Shown here piece after piece: positions 1 to 13,790 of a DNA stretch of 64,000 bases. The notes beneath the pieces are model-generated. The model was not told the DNA's origin, ran no database searches, and saw only the letters and a list, made by a program, of their open reading frames with translations. Origin of the DNA: the human T2T-CHM13v2.0 reference genome, Homo sapiens; assembly GCF_009914755.1 (NCBI RefSeq), contig NC_060938.1, one strand, 5' to 3'. The first letter of the stretch is position 1. The number at the start of each line of letters is the position of its first letter. Made by a program: the position numbers and the translations under genes.

Positions 1-186
<186 letters not shown>

Positions 187-1140
187 CTAGGGCCAAGAGG
201 AAGACATGGAGCGGCAGGAGGAGAGATTAGGAAGCAGCACACAGAATGGGTCTGGAATGCTTAACAATTTTTACTTTTTGACACAGATGGTGGTTACTTG
301 GGTTTTCAGTTTATGATAATTTATTAAATTGTACATGTATGTTCAATATACTCCTTGGTTTCTGTATTGTGTTTCACAACAAAACAACTTAGATAAATAA
401 AAATAAAATAATGAATTACTATATTAATAATTGCATGTATGTAAAAGGGATAAAACACAAACCTACAATACAAGTTAACTTCCTCATATGCTTTCAACTA
501 AGAAAACAGCAAATGACCTACTGTTGGTGGGCACGAGGAACTGACTGTATTATTGAGAGATATATCTGTACTTTGTGTGATTTAAAAGAAATTTTTAGTG
601 CTAATTTTGATTGTGTGAAATTTCTGCCTTACCAGCATACATTAAAATCAAACCTCTACCTAAGATGCTACTCTATTGTATAATGCTTTGATAAACTTTC
701 TTCCTGTATCTTTATTTTCTGTACAAAATTTATCCAATAATCTAAAATTTATCCAATAATGTCAAAGTAATTTGCAAAACAAAATAATCAACCAAAAAAT
801 GCTATTACTGCAGTCTCTTGGAGTTTAAGAGATAAAGACCCACTAAAGGAAGGGTTCCAAAAGAGCTTAGAGTTGAAAGCCCATTTTTTCCCTGGAAACC
901 CTTGACACACCTGGTAAACCCATAGGATAAGAACAAAGGTTTGAAACCAGGCAGATGGCTGCTACTGGAGGTCACAGAAACCACCACACAGGGCTATAAT
1001 GACAAAAAGTAGAGATCAAAACATGCAACAGTTTTGAAATTCTAGAACTGCATAAGATAGAAGTATACCACTAGGTTGAAAATTCTCTGAAAAGTAGAGC
1101 AGAATTTCCTGGAGTATCAATTTAAAGCCATGTAGGTCCA

Positions 1141-1433
1141 TGGACATTATTTATAAACAACTATAGAGGTTCCAGATGATATTGTTTTCCTCCAGGAAAG
1201 GCTTATCCTTTTTTCTGCAATACAGACAGATTGGGGGCTAGGAATAGTGAAGAAACAGAGAGGATAGCCTAAGTCTTAATTAACTGAAGTCAAGCCAGGA
1301 CCTGGCTCACTCCTGGATGATAGTAAGATGGAGCAGCCCTCAATCTATCTGCATTGCAGAAAAAAGGATAAGCCTTTTATGGAAGAAAACAATACCATCT
1401 GGAACCTCTATAATTGTTTATAAATAATGTCTA
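1141..1433. repeat. Inverted repeat, 99-bp arms (1141-1239, 1335-1433), 95-bp spacer
   Basis: Manual ungapped alignment of left arm to reverse complement of right arm: about 90/99 identical. Confidence 0.9.
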
Positions 1434-1439
1434 GTATTT

Positions 1440-1925
1440 AATTTAAAAATTATGAGGCATGTTTAAAGATAGAATCATATAACTGAAAAAACAAGAGAAA
1501 AATAAAGCAGATCTATAGTGATCCTTATGTTGGAGACAGGCCTTTTAAGTAACAATAATTTGTATATGTTCAAGATATCAAAGGAAAAAATAGATTAAAA
1601 TATGGCATCATAGAAGATTTCTCCAGACTACTAGAATGTGTAATAAAGAATTAAATGCATTTTAAAACTAAAAAATATAGTAACTGAAATCACTAAATCA
1701 AGGGATGGCTTCATGTGGAGATTGAACACAGCAAAAAAGAGGTTTAGTGACTAGAAGATAACACAATAGAAAATATACAAAATAAAGTACAAAAAAAAAA
1801 TGAGGGGAAAACAAAACATTGAAAAATCATAATAGAAATGTTGGGCATGAAGAATATAACACACATCTGATTGGTATCCCATAAAGAAAACTCGGCAAAA
1901 GCAACAACTGACAAGATAATGAACA
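1440..1925 (+). mobile_element. Ancient L1M fragment (ORF1-like region)
   Basis: A-rich decayed sequence resembling L1M ORF1 (GGATGGCTTCATGTGGAGATTGAACACAGCAAAAAAGAGG...GACTAGAAGATA). Confidence 0.6.
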
Positions 1926-2004
1926 ATTTTTGGTTTTACATTTTCTGTGGTTTCATTAAAATCTTCAAAGAAATCAGAAGATAATTTGGCTTTTTGGGTC
2001 TCTT

Positions 2005-2294
2005 GTTTTTTTGAGACAGGGTCTCGCTCTGTCACCCAGGCTGGAGTGCAATGGCACGATCACAGCTCACTGCAGTCTCAAACTCCTGAGCTAAATCAAT
2101 CCTCCCAGATCAGCCTCCGAGTAGCTGGGACTGCGGGCACGCACCACCACGCCTGGCTACTTTTTTCATTTTTTGCAGAGATGAGGCTTCACCATATTGC
2201 CCAGGCTGGTCCTGAACTCCTGATTCAAGTGATCCACCAACCTTGGCCTCCCAAAGTGCTGGGATTAACACATGTGAACCACCATGCCCGGCCC
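2005..2294 (-). mobile_element. Alu (AluJ-like)
   Basis: Reverse Alu: T-tail, GAGACAGGGTCTCGCTCTGTCACCCAGGCTGGAGTGCA...CCATGCCCGGCC. Confidence 0.95.
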
Positions 2295-3933
2295 CAGAAG
2301 ATAATTTGAAAGTCAATTTTTTCTAAATCAAGTACCTAAGAGCTAAGGTGGACATTTCTTGGTGCCATTTTTCTGTTTAGCATTGATATACTATAGAAAG
2401 CACGATCCTTGGTAAAATTTAACAGTATACACAGGAGGTCAACAAACCTGGTACCAGTCCCCCTTTTGTTCACCCATAGGATATTTTAGTAGTTCTAACC
2501 TCTGAATCAGAAAAATGTCACTTTAGTCAGTTTCATAGAGCAATCAAGAGAACAATATGATAATGCATGTTCTCACTGGTATGGTATACACAAGCTAACT
2601 CAGCAGCTCTATTTTAGACTGAGTATAGTGTTGTATTTTGGGGAGATGAGTAAACTTATGATTGATTTATAAGTACTTGCCTGCCTCATCGTGGACCTGT
2701 GAGATTCAGTCTTCATATCTGTTTTCACATTCCTGTCTCCACCATGCCCAATCTAATTTCTTGTTTGCGTATTGTGCAGTATGCTCCGTTTTGGTTATTT
2801 AACTCCTTAATCCAGTTGTATGTGTCCTTCCATATGTCATTAAAGTAACAGAGTCATTTAGCTTTCCTTTTCAGTGATGTCTGAATCATACTGGCACTGA
2901 TATTATAATTGTTCTCATTTTCATTATCTAATCTTAGAAAACACGGTCACAATATTTATAATGTTAAAAATTAACACCATCTGTTACAAAGCACAACAGG
3001 CAGGCAAAGTCGAAGACTTACTGCTCGCAATTGCAATGTACTTATATTGCACACTTAAATCACATCTTTTGGTGTGATCCAACAATGTATGACCCATTAT
3101 TGTGGATCCTTGGTGGTTAGAATCAGCACTCATGAGAAAAAAACAGCAACAGCCACTAGGGACAGCAGATAAACTATTCCAAATCATTTTCTAAAACTTG
3201 AAAGCTGTTGCTTCCAGCCCTTACTTTTTTAGGCTTATACTTTCCCATGAACTTTGCACATCCATTACTGAGAAGCAAGATTTTTTTTTCCTGGGATGCC
3301 AAACTTTCAGTACAAAAATCAGGACTGTCTCAAGCAAACAATGACGGTTGGTCACCCCAAATCCATATTGTGCTTTCTACATCCTTTTCCAAACTTCTCA
3401 ACTGAACCCATCCTCTCTTGATCCAATTTGTTCCTTTAGACCACAGTGTCAACCCCCCTTGACCTCAGTAATTTACCCTCTTGACCACCCTAACCTCAAT
3501 CTCTCAACCCATGCAACCACTATCAGCCTCAAACAATCTTATCCTTTCAATCCTGAAGAACAAAACTCAACCTCTTAACTCCTCTCAACATTACCTCATC
3601 CTCTCTACCTAACTGGAACTCAACCTCACCCAAACACTGACTCTTGATCACCTGAGTTTGACTTTTCAACATCATCAACCAACCTCGGCCTCTAAATGTC
3701 ATAAGCCTTGTCTTCTGATCCTTCTCACCTCAACCATGTCCTCTCATCTTCCTCCTACAGACCTTAACCATCCTCCTTCTTTTAACCTCATTCCCTTGAC
3801 TTCAACTGACCTTGTCCTCACAACTTCAATCAACCTCATTCTCTTAACCTTACCTAATCTTGTTCCGTTTACTTTGACTCCATTTCCTAAACCTCATCTG
3901 GTAGCTCAACCTCCCCTGTTCTCCTTAACTGGG

Positions 3934-4295
3934 TGATATGGTTTGGCTGTGTCTGTACCCAAATCTTATCTTGAATTGTAGTTCCCATGTGTCATGGGAG
4001 GGACCTGGTGGGAAGTAATCAAATCATGGACGTGGTTTCCCCCATGCTAGTCTCATGATAGTAAGTTCTCACAAGATCTGACGGTTTTATAAGGGATTTC
4101 CCCCTTTGTTAGGCTCTCATTTCTCTCTCCTGCCGCCATGTGAAGAAGGTCATGTTTGCTTCCCCTTCTGCCATGACTAAGTTTCCTGAGGCCTCCCCAG
4201 TCTTGTGAAACTGTAAGTCAATTAAACCTCTTTTCTGTATAAATTACCCAGTCTTGAGTAGGTCTTTATTAGCAGTGTGAAAACAGACTAATACA
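3934..4295 (+). mobile_element. THE1-type MaLR solo LTR
   Basis: TGATATGGTTTGGCTGTGTC start, CAGACTAATACA end, perfect 5-bp TSD CTGGG (3929-3933 / 4296-4300). Confidence 0.92.
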
Positions 4296-5584
4296 CTGGG
4301 TTATTGGCACCACCATTTACCTAGTCCTCAAAACCAAAACCTTGAGACATCTTAGATTTATTCATATTTTTGTATTACATACATTAGTCATCAAATACTA
4401 TCAATTTGCTGCTAAAATTATTGCTGGAACTCATTAATTTCTCTTTATCATCGTTGCAAATATTTTATTTCAGGTTCCATTATTGTTCATCTATGCTACT
4501 GCCCCAGAATCCTAACAGATCTCTTTACTTCCAACCTAAACAATATTTTCTCTTCTCTCTTGCTCCCCCAATACCCATCCACCTGTACTCCACTGCCAGA
4601 GAGTTAGTTCTAAAATGAAACACTGACCATGTGCCCAATAATCCCTCTACCTTATAGAATATAAGTCATTTCTATCATTTAGCTAATTCCTACTCATTCT
4701 TAAAGCCTAATTCAAAGGCTAATGCCTTTAGAAAACTTTCTCTGATTCTCCTTTTCCAAGTTAAAACTATACACCTCTCCTTGAACGTCTAGTAATGGCA
4801 TTTTACTGGCATTGCTATATTATATGTCTGGGTACATTTTTTTAATTAGCTGTCTTCCAGCCTCAATTATAAACTTTATAAGTACTAGTTTCTGAATACT
4901 TTACTTGCAGCATCTAACAAGTATTAACACATGACCACTATTCAATTATTTTTCAAATATATACTTATTTTCTCCCTTCCAAATGTCATATACTACCATA
5001 ATTTTCATCTTAAAGGGAAAAAGAAAAAAATTCCTTGATAAAATAATTGGGATGCTAACTGAAAGCTTTTAACACAGTTAAATTGAAAGTTGCTAACTGA
5101 AAATTAAGTAAAATTGCTCATTAAATAAAATTGTTCTAATCCTTCATAGAAAGTACACATTTTTTTAAATTTAAAATTTACCCTAATACCTACTGTCCTT
5201 AAAACTAGCTGATGTTGGTTTCTCTAAAACCATAAAATTAACTGAGGAAACTGAATAGGACTTTATACTCTACTTTTCTATCAATATTACTGAGGTCTGC
5301 TAATAAAATACATATATTACTTGAGAAAAAAACTACAAATATCAGATATGTGCCATAAACAAAAGCTATGTACTTCTGAATGAAAAAACCAGAGTTCTTA
5401 TGTGTCCTGAATTTCACAATTGTGTGATTAGAGGGTGAGAATCCTAGCTCTACCCCTAAGTAGCCATGTGACCTTAGCCAACTTAGATAAGCTTTATTTT
5501 TCTTCAGTTTTTTCAAGTAAAGACCCACTATAGTTAATGTATAGACCCCCTCAGTTTCCTCACCTGTAAAATAAAGACGATAAC

Positions 5585-5734
5585 ATATAGCCCCAACTTG
5601 CAATGTTTCAACGTACGTTTCTTTTACTTTACGATCCATTTAATCAGATATTAAATGCATTTTTTACTTATGATATTTTCAATTTACAATGAGTTTAGCA
5701 AGACATAACCCCATTATAAGTCAAGGATCATCTG
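5585..5734 (-). mobile_element. Tigger-derived MITE fragment (MER47-like)
   Basis: Ends in ACATAACCCCATTATAAGTCAAGGATCATCTG, resembling the Tigger5/MER47 terminus. Confidence 0.55.
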
Positions 5735-5982
5735 TGTGTGTGTGAGTGTGTGTGTGTATGAACTAATATAGTCCTACTACAAAGTAGATACTATAAATGT
5801 AGGTGTCTTTATTTATACTGAAAAATAGTTTTCCTTTTAGTAACAGTTATTAAAGATACATATCAATATACTTTATACAATTACTGATATTAATATTAAA
5901 TTAAGAGAAATAAAATAAAGCAAAATTATTGACCTCTGTTTTTTAATCCCTTCTAAATTCTAAAAACAGCTACATCAGATCA

Positions 5983-6340
<358 letters not shown>

Positions 6341-6538
6341 AGATTACGAAATTAGTTACATTTCATGATTCACTGCCATGTGATCACTAATGTTATTTTA
6401 AAGAAAAAAACAAAGATCACATCTTAGTGTTGAAAAGCAAGACAAACTCAGACTACTTAGTATACTGAGTATACAATTCTCCTAAACCAGAACATACATA
6501 TAGACAGACACATGTCAAACTCTAATTATATTTCTTAC

Positions 6539-6610
6539 TTTACTCTTCACAGCATCATATCGGATTTGAGAAAACTCACGAAGACCAAAAGAACCTCCAA
6601 CAATCAGCAA
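6539..6610 (-). CDS. COX16: COX16 coding exon 2 ([24 protein letters not shown])
   Basis: 72-nt exon, TTTTAG acceptor and GTAAGA donor on minus strand, phase 0/0; in frame with exon 1; matches cytochrome c oxidase assembly factor COX16. Confidence 0.96.
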
Positions 6611-6998
6611 CTAAAACAAAGAAAGGAAACATTTAAGCAAAACAGAAGACCAGAATTCAAATTCAGCCTATCTATAGATTGCTTTTCTAAACAACAATAG
6701 AGGCACATTATACAAAAATTCTATAGATTATTTTTCCTGGTGAGTCACCATTCATCTTTTAGAGTAAATGCAGTATATACTGGCTAGGAAATCATTATAG
6801 CACATCATTACCAAATACCAAAATCGTCACCCTATACCTGTATTTGACCTTATGATTTAAATGACATCATAACAAGCATTGTATTATCTGACTCTTACAA
6901 TAGACCTATTTTTGTTTTTTGCTAAGAAAAAAACAAAAACAAAAACAAATTCAACAAATGAGGAAATAAAAGCACAGCCAGCTAAATGACTTGTCCAT

Positions 6999-7270
6999 TG
7001 TTAACTTAAATTTTGCCCAGGGATGTCTCTGTAATTCCATTGCTATGCGATCTTCCTTAGTAAGTAATGAAATTGAAACCTGATCAACTGATCAGACCAT
7101 GTCCAAATAAGGCAGATGCCTAGCTATAACCAACCAAGCTATTTCTGTACTTCACTTTCCTGTTTTGTCTATACTCATTGCCCATATTGCAGAATGGAGC
7201 TCTCTCAACTTCTGGTTCTGAGTGCTGCCTGATTCATGAATTTTCTTTGTTCAAATAAACTCTATAACAT
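6999..7270 (+). mobile_element. Degenerate ERV1 LTR fragment (MER57/MER4-group-like)
   Basis: CCATGTCCAAATAAGGCAGATGCC...CCTGATTCATGAAT...CAAATAAACTCT motifs typical of MER4-group LTRs. Confidence 0.55.
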
Positions 7271-7657
7271 TATTGTTTTTTTGTTTAAGGTTTTCCTTCT
7301 TTTCGTACTATGATTACACAAGGTAAACCCAGCAGTAAAACTTGCCATTTTTTCCTTCAAGACCAGAATTCTTTTGATTTTATGATTTTTCAAAATAAGG
7401 CAATTGGAGTTCTCATTACCTTACCAAGTGATAAAGAAATCTCATGAAAACTTGCTGCAGAATATTCTGTATATCACATTGTATTCCCAGGGACAATATG
7501 GCTATACAGGTCACAGGTAAAGAAAGTCTTCAAATTCTTACTATATAGTGAAATTCTGAAACATCATCTTAAGATATACAGAATCACTTTCATTTTTTTG
7601 CTGGCACCTATTTGAGGCACAGTATTTTCAAAAGATTTAAACTTCATAATAAAGAAT

Positions 7658-8384
7658 TGTAACCACCGAATGGGTTCACCTTGCGTGCTACCTAGACAGA
7701 GCTGATTTATCAAGACAGGGGAATTACAATGGAGAATAACAATGGGGAATTGCAGAGCCAGCTGTGTGGAAACCGGAGTTTTATTATTACTCAAATCAGT
7801 CTCCCCGAGCATTCAGGGATCAGAGTTTTTAGATAATTTGGTGGGTAGGGGCTTGGGAAGTGGGGAGTGTGCTGATTGGTCAGTTTGGAGTTGGACTCAT
7901 AGGGGGCAAAGTGAGCTTTCCTTGCTGTTTTCTGTCACTGGGTGGGATGGCAGAACTGGTTGAGCCCAATTACCCGTCTGGGTAATGTCAGCTGATCCAT
8001 CCAGTGCAGGGTCTGCAAAATATCTCAAGAACTGATGTTAGGTTTTACAATAGCGATGTTATCCCCAGGAGCAATTTGGGAGGTTCAGGCTCTTGGAGCC
8101 AGAGGCTGCATGACCCATAAACTGTAATTTCTAATCTTGTAGCTAATTTGTTGGTCCTGCAAAGGCAGACTGGTCCCCAGGCAAGAAGGGAGTCTTTTTG
8201 GGAAAGGGCTATTATCAATTTTGTTTCAGAGTCAAACCATGAACTGAATTCCTTCCCATAGTTCGGCCTATGCCCAGGAATGAACAAGGGCAGCTTACAG
8301 GTTAGAAGCAAGATGGAGTCAGTTAGGTCTGATTTCTTTCATTGTCATAATTTCCTCAGTTATAATTTTGCAAAGGCGGTTTCA
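7658..8384 (-). mobile_element. LTR8-like solo LTR (ERV1)
   Basis: Minus strand starts TGAAACCGCCTTTGCAAAATTATAACTGAGG and ends GGTTACA; flanks GAAT/GTAT form an imperfect 4-bp TSD. Confidence 0.85.
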
Positions 8385-8532
8385 GTATTGCTACAAAAGT
8401 TCATGACCACAAGGAGAAACTCACTCACCATTACTTATTGTGTGTCGCTCTTATAAAACAAGCTTAGAATGGACTTTGGATTTCAGAAGACACCTGTAGA
8501 TTTCCCTGACATCTCAGAGCAGGGATGAATAG

Positions 8533-8919
8533 TGTAAGATTCTCCCTGGGACCTGAAAGCTTAAGGAGATGAACAACTCATCCCTTCTCAGGCCCAGTCC
8601 CAAGGCACAAGGCTACTTGTACCAGCAGTGTGCACCAGCAAGATAGCAGAAGCAGGAAGAGAGCCGGCCGGAAAATACGTACCCCTGAAGATTGAGAAAG
8701 AGGCCATCCAGGTACAACAGAGCAATTATGTCACACTAGGACACTTCCTGTTTACAGGAGACTATAAAACCTTTGTCCCATCCTCACTTGGGGCTGATGC
8801 CATTTTAGGCCTCAGCCCACCTGCACCCACGCGCTCATCAAAACAGCATGTTGCTCCTCACCACCTCATGTTGTCTGTTGGTGCGCTCTCAGGGTTCCAA
8901 CCGATACAAGAACCGTACA
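8533..8919 (+). repeat. 5' LTR (387 bp)
   Basis: About 89% identical to 13976-14366 by manual alignment; TATAAAA at 8763-8769. Confidence 0.95.
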
Positions 8920-8921
8920 TC

Positions 8922-8939
8922 TGGTGCTGAAACCCGGGA
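8922..8939 (+). promoter_or_regulatory. Primer-binding site complementary to tRNA-Phe
   Basis: TGGTGCTGAAACCCGGGA, 17/18 match to TGGTGCCGAAACCCGGGA, 2 nt after the LTR. Confidence 0.92.
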
Positions 8940-9334
8940 GAGGTTCTGGTCCACGTCCCCTGTGAACCTACCCCTCCACCCCAGACAGCAGGCCACAGCA
9001 GCCAGACAAAGGAAGCTCCTCGATCTCCAGTTGCCTCTCTGTGCATGCACATTGGTCACTGATCTTGCTTACTGGTAAGTTTCCTCAGGGGCCCAGTTAG
9101 CAGGGAAAATTCACACGGCCTCTCTTAGTTTCTCTGGTCCGAATATCCAGTGTTGGTCCAAGAAGGCGCCGGCGTGTGCCAGGCACTCGCTGATCATCTG
9201 GTCTTAGGGGGATGCCTCTAAGCCATTTGATCGTGTTCCAGGAACGAAAAAGGCAGCGGTGACAGTTGCTCCTTTTATCATCTCCCTCCAGGATGGTCTC
9301 CTTTTTCCCTGTTCTCCTGAGCCTACCCTCTGTT

Positions 9335-10470
9335 ATGGGAAACTCCGGTCCTCCATTCCAAACAACAGCCCTCTAGGCTGCTTCATAAAAAACCTGCAAA
9401 CCTTAGGCCTCAGGCAAGATATTCGCTCTAAGTACCTGTCTTTTTTGCAATACAGCCTGGCCACAGTACAAATTAAATAATGGGTCCAAATGGCCTGCAA
9501 ATAGAACATTCAACTTTACAATTTTAACTGACTTAAGCAATTATTGCCGACGACTGGAAAAATGGGAAGAAATTCCTTATGTCCAGGCCTTTTTGCACTC
9601 AGTTCACAACCCAACCTCTGCAATTCTTGCTTACCTGTTCAAATCCTTCCCCTCCATTCTCACCGCCCTGATCGCCTTTCTCCTCCCGACCCTACCTCAT
9701 TTTTCTCGTTCGATCCAACTGACTGCTATCCACCCCTCCCAACCCCTACCTTTTCCTCTCAACCATCTTTTTTAACCCCCCAAGCCTCCTCGTTGTCTTC
9801 TCAGCTGCCATCTTCCCAGCTGCCATCTTCCCAGTCAGCTGTATCCACTTCTTTTCCTACACCATCCCCTCCTCGGGACAATTCTAGTATTGCCTGTACC
9901 CATTCTCCTCCCCCACTGCCCTCTCCTAAAGCTTGTAAACTCATCCCGCCACCTTACGCCCCTGCCTATCCTCCACTGCCTGTTAACCCTCCTTCCCCCT
10001 TCAAACCCTCAGAACGAACCATTATCTTAAACCTTCGGTTCATCTCCCAATCCACCCCCGATATTCGGTGCAAGCTTCAGAAGCTTGATGATGGCCCTCA
10101 AACCTCACAAGACCGTCTTAATTTAGCCTTCATAGTCTTTAACAATCGTGATAGGGAAAGTAAAAGGCAAAAACAGGCGGAGTTTCAAATGCTTGCCTCC
10201 GCCATCAGGGGCCCTGCAGGCCCACGGGTCCGCAGCTCCACACGGAAGCCTCCTAGCAACCTACCTCCACCTGGCACCTTTTCAAGTGCGGCAATGAAGG
10301 CCACTGGTCCAGACAATGCCCAAATCCAGGTAAGCCCACCAGGTCATGCCCCCTCTGCAGAGGACCCCAATGGAAATTGGACTGTGAGCGGCCCCTGCAA
10401 GGGCGGCCCCATCACTTCCTAAGCCGGCCAAAACCTCCTACTTGGATCTTATTGGCCTTGCCGCTGAAGA
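9335..10470 (+). pseudogene. ERV gag remnant (matrix, Pro-rich region, truncated capsid, zinc-knuckle nucleocapsid)
   Basis: ATG GGA AAC start; SSIPNNSPLGCFIKNL; PPPY motif; FISQSTPDIRCKLQKL; CGNEGHWSRQC knuckle in a shifted frame; multiple frameshifts. Confidence 0.85.
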
Positions 10471-10499
10471 TTGACGGTGCCCTGGAATGGATGCCCCGG

Positions 10500-13400
10500 C
10501 AACTACCATCGCTTCATCCGAGCCAAGGGTAACCCTGATGGTGGCAGGTAGGCCAGTATTTTTTTTTTAATTAATACCGGGCAAACTACTCTGCTTTACC
10601 TAATTTTTCAGGACACACCCAGTCCTCCCTTTTCTCCGTTGTGGGAATTGACAGACAAGACTCCAAACCCTGAGCCACCCCTCCACTTTTCTGCTCCCTG
10701 CACACCTTTTCCTTCAGTCACCCTTTCTTAGTCCTGCCCTCATACCAGAGACATCCTTTCAAAACTCCACACTACTCTCCACTTGCACATTCCCCATAGT
10801 ACCCAACGCATCAACCCAGACCCCTCGGGGCATCTAACTTTCTTCTACTCCTCCAACCTGCCACCTTAAAACATGCAACTTTACCTTATCCCCCATCCGT
10901 AGTTAACCCCGCTGTTTAGAATATTTCCACACCTTCAGTCGCAAAACACCACACCCCCATCCGCATTACCCTTAAAGAGTCCACCCAGTTCCTATCACAG
11001 AAGCAGTATCCCATCCCCCAAGCAGCTCTCATAGGCCTAAAGCCTATCATTTCTCGCCGCCTCACCAGTCACCTACTCCACCCAAGAAACTCTCCTTTTA
11101 ACACACCAGTTCTACCTGTTTAAAAGCCAGATGGAACTTATCACTTAGTCCAGGACCTCAGGCTCATTAACCAAGCTGTACTCCCAGTATGTCCAGTAGT
11201 TCCTAACCCATATACTTTACTTTCTGCAATTCCCTCCAATACCACCCATTTTCCTGTTCTATACCTAAAGGATGCTTTTTTCCACAATTCCTTTACACCC
11301 TGATTCCCAAAACCTCTTTGCCTTTACATGGGAAAACCCCGACACCCACCTTTCACATCAGCTCACCTGGTGCGTACTACCTCAAGGTTTCAGAGACAGC
11401 CCCCATCTTTTTGGACAGGCCCTTGCTCATGACCTCTGTACCTTATCCCTAAAACCGTCCACTCTCCTTCAATGTGTTAATGATCTGCTCCTGTGTAGCC
11501 CCTCTCAAAGAGACTGCAACGCCCATGCTATCTCTCTCTTTTAAACTTCTTGGCAGAACGGAGGTATCGGGTCTCCCCTAAGAAAGCACAAATATGAGCC
11601 CCCTTAGTCACTTATCTAGGCCTGGCTCTTACCCCATGAACCCGAGGGCTCACAACCGACCACATATCCCTCCTCCAGTCTCTCCCACCTCTGCAAACTA
11701 AGCAAGAAATTCTCTTTCCTAGGACTAGTGGGATATGTTAGGCTCTGGGTTCCCTCCTTTGCTCTACTTGCCAAACCATTATACCAAGACACTAAAGGCC
11801 CTCTCCATGAGCCTTCAAACCCTGCATAGCCTATTACCCAACCTTTCCATCTACTCCAGAAGACTCTCATCTCAGCCCCCATCCTCACTCTCCCAGACCT
11901 CACCAAACCTTTCTCCCTCTATACCAACGAACGTGTAGAGTTGCACTAGGTGTTCTAACCCAGTCTAAGAGACCCACCCTCCAGGTTATCGCCTACCTCT
12001 CCAAACAGCTTGAAGCCACAGTTCTCAGATGGTCTGCCTGCCTCCAAGCACTGGAGGCAGCTGCTGTCTTCATCCTTGAAAGCCTAAAACTATCTCTCCA
12101 TGCCAACCTAACAGTTTATTCAACCCATAATATCAAAGACATGCTAGCTCACCACAGTGTACTAAGTCTCATCTCTGCCCCACGGCTCCTCCAACTGTAT
12201 GCTCTGTTCATAGAAACCCCCCAAATCACCGTGCTAACCAGCTCTCATGTAAACCCTGCCATGCTCTTTCCTGAAGCTACAACCGCCCAATACCCTACAC
12301 ACTTCTGTGTGAACACTGTTCAAACCTTTCTTACACCTTTTCCAAACCTAACAGCCCAACCCCTTCCAGATGCCTCCTTTACTTGGTTTGTAGATGGCAG
12401 CTCCTTCCTATGTCAAGGATGCCGGCATGCTGGCTATGATATAGTGTCACCCCCTCACACACACTACTGAAGCCAATCCGCTCCCCCAGGCACCACCTCC
12501 CAAAAAGCTGAATGCACTGCTCTCACTCAAGATCTCACTCTAGTAACCAGACAACAAATTAACATATATTCAGATTCTCATTATGCGTTCCATATAGTAC
12601 ACTCACACTCGTCTATGTGGAAAGAACAAGGTTTTTTAACTGCAAAAAACACTCCTGTCATAAATGGCTCTCTTACCAGCAAGCTCCTTCAAGCTGCCAG
12701 ACTCCCGCAGAAAGCTGCCTTCATTCATTGCAGGGGCCACCAAACCCGGGACAATCCTATATCGGCTGGAAATGCGCTAGCAGATCAGGTAGCCAAACAA
12801 GTAGCCCTGCAACCCATGCAAGGCCAGTTTCTGTCCCTGTCCTTGTTCTCTCCTCTTTACTCCTCAGAAGAAAAGGAGGACTTCTGAGCCCAAAACCTTC
12901 AAAAGCAAGGACCATGGTATGTCAAGGAAAGGCACTTCATTCTTCCTCACTCTCAAAGCCTTCCTCATCTCCAAAGCCTCCCCAACACTTTCCATGTTGG
13001 TTACAAATTCTCTTGCAACTTCTCCGCCCTGTTCTCACTTGTCCTCACCTTTCCAGCTATGTTCAAGATATTACCCAGTCCTGCTCTATCTGCCACTCAG
13101 TGTCACCCCAGGGCTCCCTCCGGCCACCGCCTTTTCCTACCCACCAAGCCCGGGGCCAGGTACCCAGGCACGATTGGCAAGTAAACTTCACTCACATGCC
13201 GCCCAATAAACAGCTCCGCTATCTTCTAGTCTTGGTCTGTACCTTCTCCAGGTAAGCAGAAGTGTTCCCAACAACTTCAGAAGGTGCAAATGTCACACAA
13301 ACTCTCATCATGCATATAATTCCCCATTTCGGCCTCCCAACATCCATCCAGTCCGATACAGGCCCACCTTAATCAGCCAAATTATCCAAGGCGTCTCTAC

Positions 13401-13790
13401 GTCCTTAAGAATAAAGTAGGTTCTCCACACACCCTACAGGCCTCAATCTTCAGGCAAAGTTGAAAAAATGAACTCTGTCCTTAAAGCCCAACTCACCAAG
13501 CTGGCTCTAAAAACCCAGCAGTTGTGGACAAAAAAAATCTCCCTTTTGCCCTCATAAGGCTCTGCGCAACACCAAAAGCACCCTCTTTTTATAGTCCCTT
13601 TGCAATCATGTATGGCTGAACTTTTGTCTTGGGGCCTCTACCCTTACCAGACTCTGAGCCCTTCAGGAATTACCTTCCCTCCTTAATCCAGACAGGGTCT
13701 TTCATTTGTGAAGCAGCAAATGAGGCCATGCCTCTCCCTGTCCACACCGCCTTGTCCTCTCAACATAACTGTCTTGCAGGCACAGATGTG
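10500..13790 (+). pseudogene. ERV pro-pol remnant (protease, RT, RNase H, integrase)
   Basis: FAFTWE, WCVLPQGFRDSPHLFG, LLQCVNDLLL (decayed YVDD), WFVDGSSF, HCRGHQ, CSICH..DWQVNFTHMP; many stops and frameshifts. Confidence 0.92.

Noticed and set aside
725-760. 17-bp direct repeat AAAATTTATCCAATAAT x2
   Set aside because: Ordinary short slippage duplication in AT-rich DNA.
5238-5639. 133-aa minus-strand ORF in COX16 intron 2
   Set aside because: Runs across MIR-like and Tigger-like fragments; no protein similarity that I can recognise.
8922-8939. tRNA-like sequence
   Set aside because: Only the 18-nt retroviral primer-binding site, not a tRNA gene.
9544-10422. 292-aa ORF, the longest in the window
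   Set aside because: Frameshifted gag remnant with a non-ATG start; it spans the capsid deletion and leaves frame before the zinc knuckles. Not an intact Gag.
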